Of a stretch of DNA of 64,000 nt, positions 1-29,329 are shown piece by piece. A program made the translations under genes and the position numbers. The stretch is from Octopus bimaculoides (Eukaryota). Under the pieces are notes generated by a model. That model ran no database searches. It had not been told where the DNA came from and saw only the letters and a list, made by a program, of their open reading frames with translations. Location of the stretch: the NCBI RefSeq assembly GCF_001194135.2, contig NC_069004.1:1810845-1874844 (forward strand), read 5' to 3'. Within the stretch, counting starts at the first letter, position 1. Each line of letters begins with the position of its first letter.

Positions 1-148
1 AACATAATCATTGTTGTCGCTGTTGTCATCATTCTCATCATCATCATCGTTAATGTAATACAATTAAGTCTTCAACTGAATCCAGTGCCCATTTTAACAC
101 CACCGTTGCTGCCACCACCACCACAACCCTTACCTTGCAGAACCCATC

Positions 149-180
149 AGGAGGAGGAGGAGGAGGAGGAGGAGGAGGAG
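149..180. repeat. (GGA)n microsatellite
   Basis: Direct read. Confidence 0.95.
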
Positions 181-349
181 TTGACTCCAAGACTGGGGTG
201 AAGTTGTGTTTTAGTTATTGACTCTGAAAGAATGAAAGGCAGAGTTGGCCTCTTGTGTGGTGGTTTGTGCACCTCAATGACCTTATGCCCTTGAGAGCTA
301 TGTCAGTTCCTGGGAAGGTGCCAGGCAGAAGAATGGATCCTGAAGTGCA

Positions 350-570
350 TGGAGAGATAGTCTACACCTGATAGAAACCAACATGCTACATTATACATCA
401 AGCCCTGGCCTTGAATCTACAAGGTAGGTGGAAGAGAGGACACCCTATAAGTAACTGGAGGCAGAATACTGAAGCAGAAGCCAAAAAGCAGGGATCCAAC
501 TGGAGAGAAACAGAAAAGACAATCCTGAACCAAGAAAAGTCATTCTCTAGCCTATGCCCCATAGCTTAGC
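350..570 (+). mobile_element. RTE-clade LINE 3' fragment
   Basis: Frame HQALALNLQGRWKRGHPISNWRQNTEAE resembles the RTE C-terminal 'W-P-G-R-RGRP--TW' region. Confidence 0.55.
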
Positions 571-1039
571 AGTTCAGCAAAAGTGACTAATAGAATAAGT
601 ACCAGGCTTTAAAAATAAAAAAGTCCTGGGTGGCGGAGGGGTCGATTTATTCCACTAAAACCCTCCTCCAAGACAGTGCTCCAGCATGGGCCACAGTCAG
701 ATGACTGGAAAAAAAAAAAAAAGTGGGTCATGAATGAGATATTAACTGTTTCCAACCTGAAAAGATCTGGTTTCAACAACAGAGAAACAACAGAGCCCTG
801 CATCAGGCTGATCACTTTTAAAAGAGACTGACCTACCTTGCAGGTGTTAATTACATGCAGATTCCCTTACTTACCTGACCTACTTTAATCATTTTACATC
901 TGTTCTCATGTAAACTACGCAGTTTGCTTACTCAGTCTAGATTCTGTTATTCTTTTATTCCTTTATTCCGTTATTCTTTTATTCTTTTATCCTTTGCTTG
1001 TTTCGGTCACTGGACTATGGCCATGCTGGGGCATCACCT

Positions 1040-1370
1040 TGAGTCACAACATATTAAAAAAAGGGTAAAGAATGACCATGATATTGCACCTAGAAAGTTC
1101 ACTTCCAAGGCACAAGTCCAAGCAAGGTTGTTTATGGAAGACCAGCAGTCGGCCATGCATACTGGCCTTCCCTCTCCACGCCACCAGTGTTATCCAAGGG
1201 AAAAGCAAAGGGGCCGATTCAGCTTGGCACCAGTGACATCGCAACTCATTTCTACAGCTGAGTGAACTGGAACAACGTGAAATAAAGTGTCTTGCTCAAG
1301 AACACAACATACAGCCCTGGGAATTGAACTCACTACTTCAGGCTTGTCAGCCCAACACTCTAACTGAACA
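1040..1370 (-). mobile_element. tRNA-derived CORE-like SINE (family A)
   Basis: Reverse complement of 'gtgttcttgagcaagacactttatttcacgttgctccagttcactcagctgtagaaatg' plus tail shared with 7985, 22600 and 27320. Confidence 0.8.
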
Positions 1371-2895
1371 TATTATACCCCAACTAAAATCTTTCTATGT
1401 CGTTATCCCAGTATAAATCAAAATGTCAGAAAAAAAAACCCGAGATCACAACATATCAAATTTTAACAGGTGTCAACAGAGTAACTAAATTTAGCTACAA
1501 AATGTTAAGTCTTCTTGCTCAAATGACAGGCAATTTGTCAATTATGAGGACAAGTGTTCCAGTTAATCCGATCATTGACAAAACAACCTGTGAAATTAAT
1601 CTACAAGTGGTTGAGTACTCTATAGGCATGCGTACCCTTAGTATAGTTCTCAGGGAGATTCTGCACGATGCATGATGTGACAAGGTTGGCCCTTTGAAAT
1701 GCAGGTACAACTCGTTTTTGGCAGCTGAATGGACAGTCTCAAAGTGTTTGGCATTAGGAAGGACAACCCATGCCGTCCAACCCATACCAGCATGGAAAGC
1801 AGGCGTTAAAAGACGATGATGATCCTGATGATAGCGAAGAGTACAAGCACACCCAATTGGTTCCATGTTGTCAACTGCAGCTAATTTGAAAAAGGACATA
1901 ACAGAAAAAATCATTTCTTAAAATCCATTCTCTTTCATCTGTTTTAATAAAGGATTTGTACACATGTTCACATCTATCTTCTTTGATTCTCCTCTTCGGT
2001 GTTGGTTTTTAGGCGTTTTTTTTTAATATCTATGCTTTTAACTATTCACTGACACTAATGTAAAGTTAGATAAATCAACTTGAGATTTATTTTTCCAATT
2101 AATTTCTTTAAAAAAAATTACATAAAGTTGAAAAGCTCAAAATAATATGAAATGGGGTACACTGGTATATTTTCCCAGCTAAGAGCAGTGAAAATCTGAA
2201 TCAAAACTTTCACAATTATGCCGTCTGTATTATATAATCAGACATTGAGGTAGATATTCCCAGAAAAGCTCCAAAATGAGTGTCTGACAATAGAGCATAC
2301 ACATATTCAGACTGTTCGGTTGAAAGGTATATTTTTAGTTTTATCAGAATCTATATAGTTACACAATAAAATCCTGTTTCTCCAATACAATATAAAATAA
2401 ATTTAAAAAGAAAAGCAGAGTACAAGTTAAACAAGTAAACTATAATCTATTCCTGTAAACTTGCGTCAAGGCTGTTAGCTCCACCTAATATAATATAACG
2501 TGTGTGTGTGTGTGTGTGTAATGGTGTTGTTGAATTTTCCCATATTTAGACTGAGTTGAAATCTTTTAAACAAAATTGATATTAATCATCTGGATAAAGG
2601 TATTGCTTGAATAGATTTGAAAATGTGTAATAAACAATCAATGAAGTAACAGACGTTCCTATGCAAGCATGTCACAACAGAAATAAAAAAGAAAAGAAAG
2701 AAAGGAAAAAGAAAAAGAAATCAAAGCAAAAGATATTACAAGTCTGTTGTATCCGATTCAGTTTTTTCTTCTCACACAATTACTAAGTCACAGTATATTA
2801 GTCAAACAGAAATCTTAATGTGCTATCCCAGCATGCATTACAGCATTACAACAAAAAGGGATCACTGTATGTTATATTCTAACCGAGATGACAAT

Positions 2896-2904
2896 ATCAT
2901 CATT

Positions 2905-2937
<33 letters not shown>

Positions 2938-2970
2938 GAACTTTTCATCATCATCGTTGTCATCATCATC
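2896..2970. repeat. (ATC)n microsatellite
   Basis: Direct read. Confidence 0.95.
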
Positions 2971-3705
2971 TTTGTGTTTTCTATGAATCAGGCAGAGTGT
3001 ATTGAGGCAGATTCTCCAGAGCGGGATGCTCTTTCTGTTGCCAACCCTCTCCTGTTTCCAACAGGAGGTGATATTCCCCAGGGCCAGGCTTGTTGTCAAA
3101 AGAGATTGGAAATGAAGGATACATACAGTTTGAATAAATTCTTGCATAAAAAAAAAAAATCATTATTTTAACATGGCATACAAACTTTTTCCTATATCCA
3201 CGCTAAGTAAGACACACAGAATGCTATTCGTACAAATATATTCCAATAGCTTTAAACTATATTTTTTAAAAGTCCATGACATACCTAGATACCTGTTGAA
3301 GCATGGCAGTATGTTGTGCCACAATTTTTGAGAACCACTCATCCAGAACATTCTGCACAAATATAAAAGTCCAACAAATACTGCTCTATTTGCTTTCTCA
3401 TGCTCATCAAAATGGTATTCAGTGAATATTTTCTTTCACAGTATTTTCTATTTATTTCCAGTTTCGTTCATTGGACTGCAGCCAAACTGGTGTATTGCCT
3501 TGAAGGGTTTAGTTAAACAAATCAATCCCACTACTTGCTTTTATTCTTTTTTTTTTTTTAGTTTGGACATATTCTGTCAGTTTCTTTTGACAAACCACTA
3601 AGTTTTGGTGTTTTGGTGACATAAACAAACCAACACTGGTTGTCAAACAGTGGGGATAAACACAAACATAAAGACATATACACACATACATATTTATACA
3701 TACAT

Positions 3706-3754
<49 letters not shown>

Positions 3755-4169
3755 CATATACATCTATCTTCAATACTAGCATGGGCTGGAAGGTTTGACA
3801 GGGTCCAACGAGCCAGAGAACTATGTTGAGCTCCAATGCCTGCTTTGGCATGGTTGCTACTACAGTTAACTGCCCTTCCTAAGATACACTGCTTTACAGA
3901 GAGCACACTGGGTTCCTTTTCGTGAGGTCACCAAGTAACACACAAGACGAAGAAAAGTCCTTCAACTGATCGGGGTTGTAGTGGAGAGGGAGGTGGCCTA
4001 ATGCCAGGTGTTGAAAAGCTAAAGTATGGCAGAAGGACAGGAGCAAGCACAGGTGTCTTGACACGAATGGGGGATGGTTCGATGAGCTCCACTGCTCTCC
4101 CCCCCCCACAAACCTGTGGGTGTTTATCTCAATGAAAGACAAAAGCCGTAAAACACACACTGCCCTCAC

Positions 4170-4347
4170 TTTTGTGTTTGTTTTTTTTGTTTAATTTCAT
4201 CTTCTATTATTTTTGTTTTCACTATGTTTGTGTTTGTTTTTTTTATTTAATTTAATCTTCTACTATTTTTGTTTTCACTATGTTTGTGTTTGTTTTTTTT
4301 ATTTAATTTAATCTTCTACTATTTTTGTTTTCACTATGTTTGTGTTC
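4170..4347. repeat. Minisatellite, ~3 x 55 bp, T-rich
   Basis: Unit 'tttgtgtttgtttttttt.tttaattt.atcttcta.tatttttgttttcactatg' repeated with no spacers. Confidence 0.9.
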
Positions 4348-5869
4348 AATGACAACAGAAAAACAAACACTGAACCGTTTTCCATTAAATTAAACCATCT
4401 GCTGCAACAACAATTCAAATAATATCAATAATTTACACAGCTATTTAGTGCTGTTCTATAATTGATTAGGTCACCAAATTATTTCTGAGGACTTTTATTT
4501 TCATTTAGTACACGAAAAGGAATGAAGGTGCATGGCCTAATTGTGAGGGTGTTGCACTCAGAATGGTGAAAAAGTGGTTGAGATTCTCTGACTGGGTGGC
4601 ATATTGTGTTCTCAAACAAAACCCTTCATTTTACATTGCTCTGGTCGACTCAGCTGTAAATAAGTTCAAGCAATAGCTGGGAAGTTGACCCCTTAACAGC
4701 TCGGTGGCTCTTTCACAGGGGTGAGAATGTTGTTATCTTTATAAACAGGGTTAAACTCTGACCTTGAGCTTATGACATGACAGCGCTAAGTGTAAGTATA
4801 TGCAGAGAGAACTCAAACAAGAACAGCAAGTTAAATACAGACCCTTATGAAGTTCTTCAAAAATACTTTCACTTTTGTTAGTTTACAAATAGTATACTGA
4901 GAGCACAACTCCTTAGCAACCCTTTTCTGTAAGGGCTGATCCTTTGCCTTTCATGTTCATAATCTAATCAGTAAAGTAACAGCTTCTGTCCTTCAGCCTT
5001 TGGACTCCCGTGTTTATGCCAGATTTATCTTCTTTGGGACATTTGTAGTCTTTGGAACCAAAACTTGGGCTATGTGGAAGATGCTTCAAGACTTCTTTGA
5101 CAGTACAAACACCAGGTTTCTCTTGAAGAGTCAAAACATTTCCTCCCTACTCTCTCACCTTTTTTTTTCAGACATGGCATGTGTGGTACGAGGGCGAGTC
5201 AAAGGGGACAGGAGTATGGTGACAGCAAGAATTGAGTTTTGTTTTAGGTCTGCTTGATCGGGGACAAAGTGGAACCAGGCAATTAGAACATGTGTTCAAC
5301 TGCTTTGAATTCTTGATCTTGTTACTCCTACATAATCTATGGTATTAGTGAAAAAAATATATTTCTGTGTTTAGTGGGTGGAAAGAAGATAAATATATCG
5401 TTTTAAAATTTTCCTGAAGCAAAGCTATGAAAAAAAAAAAAACGTAACAAAAAAATAAACAAGCTATAATTTACAAAACAACTCAATTTTTCAAAGCAGA
5501 AAGCAATGTTGCCAACATCAAAATACTGTCTAAAAAAAGATAAACAGCATTAGAATCTAACCTGTTAAACATATCTGAACAAATTCTTATTTGAATCAAT
5601 ATTAGAGTGACAGACATGACTAACAATGCAGCTTGCTGGCCTACGTGGTTTACTGTATTTTGTTAAATACTTCAGTATTAACTTTTAAATGGTCAAATGC
5701 TGCACTGTGCGTCAAAAAGGAAAGGAAATAATCTCTCCGAGTACAGACAAGTTTAAGCTGTGCACTGTATTAAACTGGTGAAGCTCCAGCTTGGGAGTCC
5801 AGGAATTTAGGAGAGCATGGAGATACCCTTTTTGTCACCAGTGTCCTCTGGTCTGCTCTGGCCCAAGGT

Positions 5870-6090
5870 AATATTGATTTCGAATTTGGGCACAAGGCCA
5901 GCAATTTTAGGGGAGCGGGTAAGTCAATTACATTGACCGCAGTGTTTCACTGGTACTTTATTTTATTGACCCCGAAAGGATGAAAGGCAAAGTTGACCGT
6001 GGAGGAATTTGAACTCGGAACATAAAAATGCATGAAATGCTACTAAGCATTTTGTCCAGCGTTTTGCAAGGCATTTTGCCAGCTTACTGC
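5870..6090 (-). mobile_element. Meta-domain-like SINE (family C)
   Basis: Reverse complement of 'gactttgcctttcatcctttcggggtcgataaa..aagtaccag'. Other copies near 12370, 12550, 35700, 35850, 38360, 49390 and 62940. Confidence 0.75.
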
Positions 6091-6573
6091 TTGAGACCCG
6101 TAGGGTGATATTACACGTGAAGGACCCTTGTTACAACAGCAGCAGCAGTAGTGATAGTGGCAGTAGCTGCTGGGGCTTGTGCTAGTGGAGGGAGAGGGAC
6201 AGTGGTAGTGACAATGGAAAGCGGGGTGGGGGTGAGGGTAAAATGGTGGCAATGGTGACGATGGTGGTGATCCCAGTACCTTATCGTTCATGGAAGTGCC
6301 CCCTCCCATGGTTGTGCAGGTCACATTGGCTGTTGAGGTATAATAGTAACTGAAGCAATGTCAGTGTTGCTATAGCAATAAAGGAGTGTCTGTGACAATA
6401 GTGATAGCAGTAGAGGGGGAGGGTTGTTGGCAAGATAGGAGTACTGTGGTGGTGGTGGTGGTGGTGGGGAGGTCTTCTGGGCCAGACTAAACCCAGTGGT
6501 TAGGATTAAAAAATTAATACTATTAATGATATATATATATATATATACATAATATATATATAATATATATATA

Positions 6574-7228
6574 NNNNNNNNNNNNNNNNNNNNNNNNNNN
6601 NNNNNNNNNNNNNNNNNNNNNNNNNNNNNNNNNNNNNNNNNNNNNNNNNNNNNNNNNNNNNNNNNNNNNNNNNNNNNNNNNNNNNNNNNNNNNNNNNNNN
6701 NNNNNNNNNNNNNNNNNNNNNNNNNNNNNNNNNNNNNNNNNNNNNNNNNNNNNNNNNNNNNNNNNNNNNNNNNNNNNNNNNNNNNNNNNNNNNNNNNNNN
6801 NNNNNNNNNNNNNNNNNNNNNNNNNNNNNNNNNNNNNNNNNNNNNNNNNNNNNNNNNNNNNNNNNNNNNNNNNNNNNNNNNNNNNNNNNNNNNNNNNNNN
6901 NNNNNNNNNNNNNNNNNNNNNNNNNNNNNNNNNNNNNNNNNNNNNNNNNNNNNNNNNNNNNNNNNNNNNNNNNNNNNNNNNNNNNNNNNNNNNNNNNNNN
7001 NNNNNNNNNNNNNNNNNNNNNNNNNNNNNNNNNNNNNNNNNNNNNNNNNNNNNNNNNNNNNNNNNNNNNNNNNNNNNNNNNNNNNNNNNNNNNNNNNNNN
7101 NNNNNNNNNNNNNNNNNNNNNNNNNNNNNNNNNNNNNNNNNNNNNNNNNNNNNNNNNNNNNNNNNNNNNNNNNNNNNNNNNNNNNNNNNNNNNNNNNNNN
7201 NNNNNNNNNNNNNNNNNNNNNNNNNNNN
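6574..7228. other. Assembly gap (N run)
   Basis: Direct read. Confidence 0.99.
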
Positions 7229-7984
7229 ATATGTATATATATATATACATATACACACACACATTTTATATTCAATTGTTTGAAATGGAACAGCTTATAG
7301 GCATCTTAGTCCCCCCCCCCTGAGACTGGTGGATAAAGACATCTAGGTGGGATTAGGGGGATTAAGATTCCAATTGAATTGCAGTCGGTGGCTAATTCTT
7401 CCTCAGATCACATCTTTTTTTTGTCACATGATGCTTTGATATATAAACGGGGCATCACTGGATATCTCTGCTAGGGATTTACTTATGAATAAAAAAAAAG
7501 GGCTGAGAAAAGAACAGGGGAGAGGACGCAGATCATTGCTATGATAATAACTGGCAATCCATTTACTGAAATGTAAAATATTGGATTATCAGATGAATTT
7601 GTTTCATTTATTATTTGCTTTGTGTTGCATTTGTTTTAATCATCTCCAACGTTATTTGAATTGATATGAAAAATGCTTTCATCATGGTGTTTTATGGGGT
7701 TTTTTGAGGGGAGGGTTTCTGTTTTTTTATTTTTTATTTTTTTTTTGTTTTGGTACAGCTAGAGAGTGTAAAAGTGGTTTGACAGTAGCGATACAGTCAT
7801 TAGAGTATTAAATAGAAAGCCTTGCCGTATTGGTTCTCACCCTCAGCATTCCAGGATCAGCTTTACCTTTCATTTTTAAAGGGGTCAATAAAAAGTAGCA
7901 ATCCAGAGAAGTAGATTGAGGGAACCACAATGGTTTCTTCCACTGGGCCTGCCAGATCCAGTCTTCACATGCAGAGGTAGAAGG

Positions 7985-8325
7985 TCAAAGACCCCCTTCG
8001 GTCATGAATGACCAGGGGATTGCACCAAGAAAGTTCCCCTCTGAGGCACAAGTCTGGGTAAGGTTGTTTACGGAAGACCAGCATTTGCCCATGCATACCA
8101 GCCTTCCCTTCTCCATGCCACTGATGTTATCCAAGGGAAAGGCAAAGGGGCCGATACAGCTTGGCACCAGTGACATCACAACTTATTTCTGCAGATGAGT
8201 GAACTGGAGCAACGTGAAATAAAGTTTCTTGCTCAAGGAAACAACACACAGCCCGGTCCAGGAATCGAACTCACTACCTCATGATTGTAAGACTGATGCT
8301 CTAACCACTGAGCTATGTGCCTTCA
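7985..8325 (-). mobile_element. tRNA-derived CORE-like SINE (family A)
   Basis: Near full-length homolog of 22600-22900 on the minus strand. Confidence 0.8.
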
Positions 8326-8804
8326 CATGCATAAGTAAGCAAGCCCTAATATGCTAATTAAACCATAACTGGGACCCTGACAGGTGCGACTATTCTGGGT
8401 CAGAATAGACCTGTGAACAGTAACGGCTAAGAAGGGGTTGCACACTTTTCAAAACCATGAAATTCTTGAACCAGGGCCCCACAACTGGACGCAGTTTGAA
8501 GTCATACTCAGGACAAATAATAGTTTGTTTGTGCATTGTCTGTATAGCAATAAGCTAAGAGCTTAAAGAAACTTATCTGAAAAGTCATCAACTGAATCTT
8601 GTTAGTTACACATAACTACATATGTGTATAGAAATGTATTCCGGTTTTTATGCATTTCAATACAAACAGGTAACATGTACTCGTTCCATTCTAGATATGA
8701 AAGAAAGTTTAAAATTTTATCTTAAAATCTCTCTCCCTCTCTGTATGTATGTATATGAATAAGTACATACATTGATGTATGTATAAATAAACATATATAT
8801 GTTA

Positions 8805-8827
<23 letters not shown>

Positions 8828-8897
<70 letters not shown>
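8828..8897. repeat. (TA)n microsatellite
   Basis: Direct read. Further (TA)n tracts near 10971-11022, 18596-18627, 61045-61074, 62218-62257, 62745-62795 and 63940-63975. Confidence 0.95.
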
Positions 8898-9289
8898 ATA
8901 GAAGATATGACTATCCACTGTCATATCTTTTGTTTAATAAATATTATGATTGCATTTTGTAGGAAATTGCGTTTTGTATTTATGCCTGATAGTGTTGATC
9001 TTAAACACACACACACACACACACACACAACACAGCATACATGCTTTCTCTCATACACACAGACTTATAGACACACATACACACACATACATACATACAT
9101 ACACACCCATATGTTCTACTAGTTTCAATAACTAGAATCTAGTAAGGCAGGAACCCCACCCCACTCCCGCTTTTCTCGCACACAGAAGATTACACAAACC
9201 ACAGATATTTATTTTAGTAGCACATACAGATGAAAGGTAGGATAGACTTGAATGGGATTTGAACTAAGAGTGTAAAGAAGCATAACCAC

Positions 9290-10263
9290 CGGGGCTGGCT
9301 CTAGGGTTGTCAGCGCCCCAGGCAAGCTGAACTTTGGCATCCTTATAAGTAAAACTGAAAACAGAGACTAAAAAGCATCTTAAACCAGCCCCTTATAACC
9401 AAATAAAGTAAATGATTTCAATCAATGCTCCCCCAATTGTGCCACTCATCCACCCACCATATATGTGTGTAATATTTATGTCAGTTTTTTGCATTTTCCA
9501 GTTTATTATTTGTTTTTCTTCGTAGTTCATTTTCCTTTAAACATACATACATACATGCATACATATCTGCATATACAGTTTCTCTCTACCAAATTCGCTC
9601 ACAAGGTATTGTGAGTGAATTTGCCCAAGGTGTTTTGCAGTGGGACTGAACCCAAAACCACAGAGTTACAAAATGAGCTTCTTAACCACACAGCCATGCT
9701 TGAGCTTATCCATGCCTATGCCTCTCTCTCTCTCTCTCTCTCTCTCTTCCTACCCATGCTAGCATGGAAGACGGACATTAAACTATGGTGATGGCTACAT
9801 TGTAAAATTTGTATAGTCATAGAACATTTGTCATTTATATATATAGTGTGTGCGTTCTCATGTATGTGTACACACATGAGAACACACATTCACATATGTA
9901 TATAAATGACAAATGTCCTATGACTAGACAAATTTCACAATGTAGCCACCTCTCAATATGTGAGTCAAAGTCGTATGCAACAGATGTTAACTGTTTGCCA
10001 ATAACTGTTCTATTCTGGGTCACTATCAATGAGGGGATGAAGAGGTTATTATCAGAGAACATTGCACCATTCGAGGCCTTGAAAAAAATAAGAGACACAA
10101 ACATTAATCAAACGTTTCGGTAACGTACAACTTGTTTGATAATCTCAATGAAAATGGAGGATGTGAACTTAAGGATTGTAGGACAAGGGGAGGGATAAAT
10201 GTGGGGTCCAGGGGTAACAAACAGAAGGGCCGCCCTGGGGGGCACACACTAGTAACGCCAGTG
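9290..10263 (+). mobile_element. Degraded hAT-like DNA transposon pieces
   Basis: hAT-like termini 'cggggctggctctaggg...gcgccccaggcaa' (9290) and 'ctagtaacgccagtg' (10249-10263); decayed peptides DEEVIIREHC (10036-10065) and LKDC/GQG (10168-10189). Confidence 0.3.
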
Positions 10264-10639
10264 AGTCTATGGGTGTAAGACCTGGAGCATTTACTCCAGA
10301 CAGTGATGTCTCAGTGCCTTCCAACTATCCAGCCTGTAACAAACTCTGAACATCAAGTGAACAGACAGTCATCAGCAATGAGGTCCTAAATCGTCTACAA
10401 ATAGCCAGCTTATTCGTCCTATTGCAACAACGGAGCCTCCACTAATCGGGCCGTGTTCATTGCATGTGTGTGTGTGAGCGCCATGAGTCTGGGTAGCCAG
10501 TTTGTATGCAGCGTGCCCCTGAAAATGGTCGCTACCCTGTGACAGTGTACACTCCAGAGATTCAAATGTTAACACGAGTTGCCTGTCTTTGTAAAGGAGC
10601 AACTATCTTAGCTTTATGCATATAAGTGCAGGTAAATTA

Positions 10640-10968
10640 TATACCTTTATTGGAGCCGAAGTAAATAAAATTAACCTAGTATGTGTGTGTGTGTGATTTA
10701 AACCTGCTCGTCTTTATCTGCCTTTCTACCTGCACAACAGCTCGATAGGTTGTTTTTTTCTCGCTAACTTTCGATGCCAAAGCGCTAGCCCTGCATAAAG
10801 AGGTTGGAGTCAACCATTTGAGCCTTGTCCGATGAACGGGAACGTGAAACTCCGAGTAACAGTCTTTTGTTATATTTCTGGTGCTTTTAAATAAAGCATA
10901 TTACTCTACCTCTGGTATTTGAGTACTCTTTTTTTCCACCTTGTTGCACATTTTATGTGTTTACTACG

Positions 10969-10970
<2 letters not shown>
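10640..10970 (+). mobile_element. Penelope-like element terminal repeat remnant
   Basis: Carries the hammerhead motif followed by a T-rich AATAAA-containing tail ending in (TA)n, an organisation typical of PLE termini. The family assignment is inference; no RT/GIY-YIG ORF recovered. Confidence 0.45.
10825..10862 (+). ncRNA. Minimal type I hammerhead-ribozyme-like motif (U4C variant)
   Basis: ttgt-CCGATGA-acg/ggaa/cgt-GAA-actc/c/gagt-A-acag: stem I ttgt/acag, stem II acg/cgt, stem III actc/gagt, GUA cleavage triplet. Confidence 0.65.
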
Positions 10971-11025
<55 letters not shown>

Positions 11026-11199
11026 ACGCTTATTTTCACCTACACACTGTATACACACACACATACACATTGGGCAATAGAGATAGGGGAAACAGCGGGG
11101 TGACGAGATAAGGAAATAAGAGACAAGAGAGACACGCAGTTGGATTATCTCGACGGTAGATAGAGATTTAGAGGGTAAGGTGGATAGAGACAGAGAGGG

Positions 11200-11307
11200 A
11201 GCAGAGAAAGAGAGAGTGAGAGAGAGAGAGGGAAAGAAAAGGTAAAGCACGAGAGCGTGCTGTTATCCGTAGCTAAGAGAAACCGGAAGTAGAACTCTAC
11301 AGCAACG
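11200..11307 (+). promoter_or_regulatory. Candidate CD164 promoter and short non-coding first exon
   Basis: CpG-retaining region, (GA)n tract, ETS-type CCGGAAGT at 11283-11290, donor ACG|gtgagg at 11307/11308. Strong acceptors downstream at 11732 and 11780 lead to the ATG with no upstream ATG in 11781-11919. Confidence 0.5.
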
Positions 11308-11919
11308 GTGAGGCTGCCTGCTGTCCTGCACTATTTAATATCACTTCATTTCACCTTCCTGCCTTGTAAATATATTTATATTTGTGTGTATATATATATA
11401 TATTTATTTCTATATATATACATATACACTAATATCCTTCCGTGATATTGACTGGAAGAAAACGTCGCAGAACTTCCTATACATATATACACACATATAT
11501 ATATATATAATACCATGATAGAAGTGACTCGCCAGACGAGATATCATTCTCTGTTAATATCTCTATGAATATATATATATATAAGGCTTAGTTGAACTGG
11601 TGGCAAACAGTAATACATTGTTAAGCAACAAGGAAGGCACGCTGACGCTATTCTTTCCTTCCTGGAAGGAAAAAATCTTAACATTTTCATTTATAAATAT
11701 CCACACACACACACATCCATATATTTCTGTAGACGTCGTAGAAAAAGATCCTACCTCGCTCTGCCTTCTCTCTTGTACAGACGTAGACACCACTGTTTAT
11801 TAGATCTGTTTTAAGGCTTTAAACAATACATCAGACGTCTGTTGCTGTTATTATTTCATTCAAAAGGGGAAACACTAAACATTAAAAAAGACTATTTTAT
11901 AAATAAAACTAGAAGAAAC

Positions 11920-28146
<16,227 letters not shown>

Positions 28147-28535
28147 GAAAAATGAATTGAAACACAAAAAAAAGAAAAAAAAAACCTGGTTTATTTTATT
28201 TTCTGTTTGTTTTTCTGTTCATGTTTTTTTTCTGTCTTTTTTAAAAAAAAACCAAAAACTTTCCTCTCCTATTGTTGAGTAGCTTTGTGCCTCTGGAATT
28301 TATCAATAACAGCCCCTTTTTTTTAGTGAGGGCTCATGTTTCTAGAATGGTATCAGTATTTCTCTAGTGGAGCCTTTTATCTCACCACACACACACACAC
28401 TCTCTCTCTCCTCGTCCTCTTCTCCTTCTTTTCCTCACCCCATCTCTCTCTCTCTTTTCCCTTTCTTCTTCACAATGATATCAGTATTTCCTATTGTGGG
28501 GCCTCGTCCTTTTCTCTGGAAGGAATTAATTTTTC

Positions 28536-29296
28536 NNNNNNNNNNNNNNNNNNNNNNNNNNNNNNNNNNNNNNNNNNNNNNNNNNNNNNNNNNNNNNNNN
28601 NNNNNNNNNNNNNNNNNNNNNNNNNNNNNNNNNNNNNNNNNNNNNNNNNNNNNNNNNNNNNNNNNNNNNNNNNNNNNNNNNNNNNNNNNNNNNNNNNNNN
28701 NNNNNNNNNNNNNNNNNNNNNNNNNNNNNNNNNNNNNNNNNNNNNNNNNNNNNNNNNNNNNNNNNNNNNNNNNNNNNNNNNNNNNNNNNNNNNNNNNNNN
28801 NNNNNNNNNNNNNNNNNNNNNNNNNNNNNNNNNNNNNNNNNNNNNNNNNNNNNNNNNNNNNNNNNNNNNNNNNNNNNNNNNNNNNNNNNNNNNNNNNNNN
28901 NNNNNNNNNNNNNNNNNNNNNNNNNNNNNNNNNNNNNNNNNNNNNNNNNNNNNNNNNNNNNNNNNNNNNNNNNNNNNNNNNNNNNNNNNNNNNNNNNNNN
29001 NNNNNNNNNNNNNNNNNNNNNNNNNNNNNNNNNNNNNNNNNNNNNNNNNNNNNNNNNNNNNNNNNNNNNNNNNNNNNNNNNNNNNNNNNNNNNNNNNNNN
29101 NNNNNNNNNNNNNNNNNNNNNNNNNNNNNNNNNNNNNNNNNNNNNNNNNNNNNNNNNNNNNNNNNNNNNNNNNNNNNNNNNNNNNNNNNNNNNNNNNNNN
29201 NNNNNNNNNNNNNNNNNNNNNNNNNNNNNNNNNNNNNNNNNNNNNNNNNNNNNNNNNNNNNNNNNNNNNNNNNNNNNNNNNNNNNNNNNNNNNNNN
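28536..29296. other. Assembly gap (N run) within the CD164 3' region
   Basis: Direct read. Confidence 0.99.

Positions 29297-29329
<33 letters not shown>

Noticed and set aside
2818-3171. Poly-Ile and poly-Asp ORFs
   Set aside because: Produced by the (ATC)n microsatellite.
4170-4347. Regularly repeated units as a possible CRISPR-like array
   Set aside because: Head-to-tail minisatellite with no unique spacers, in a eukaryotic context.
6321-7275. Long ORFs of 200-330 aa in the ORF track (also 28336-29338, 34649-35041, 55667-56448)
   Set aside because: Artefacts of translating through N gaps.
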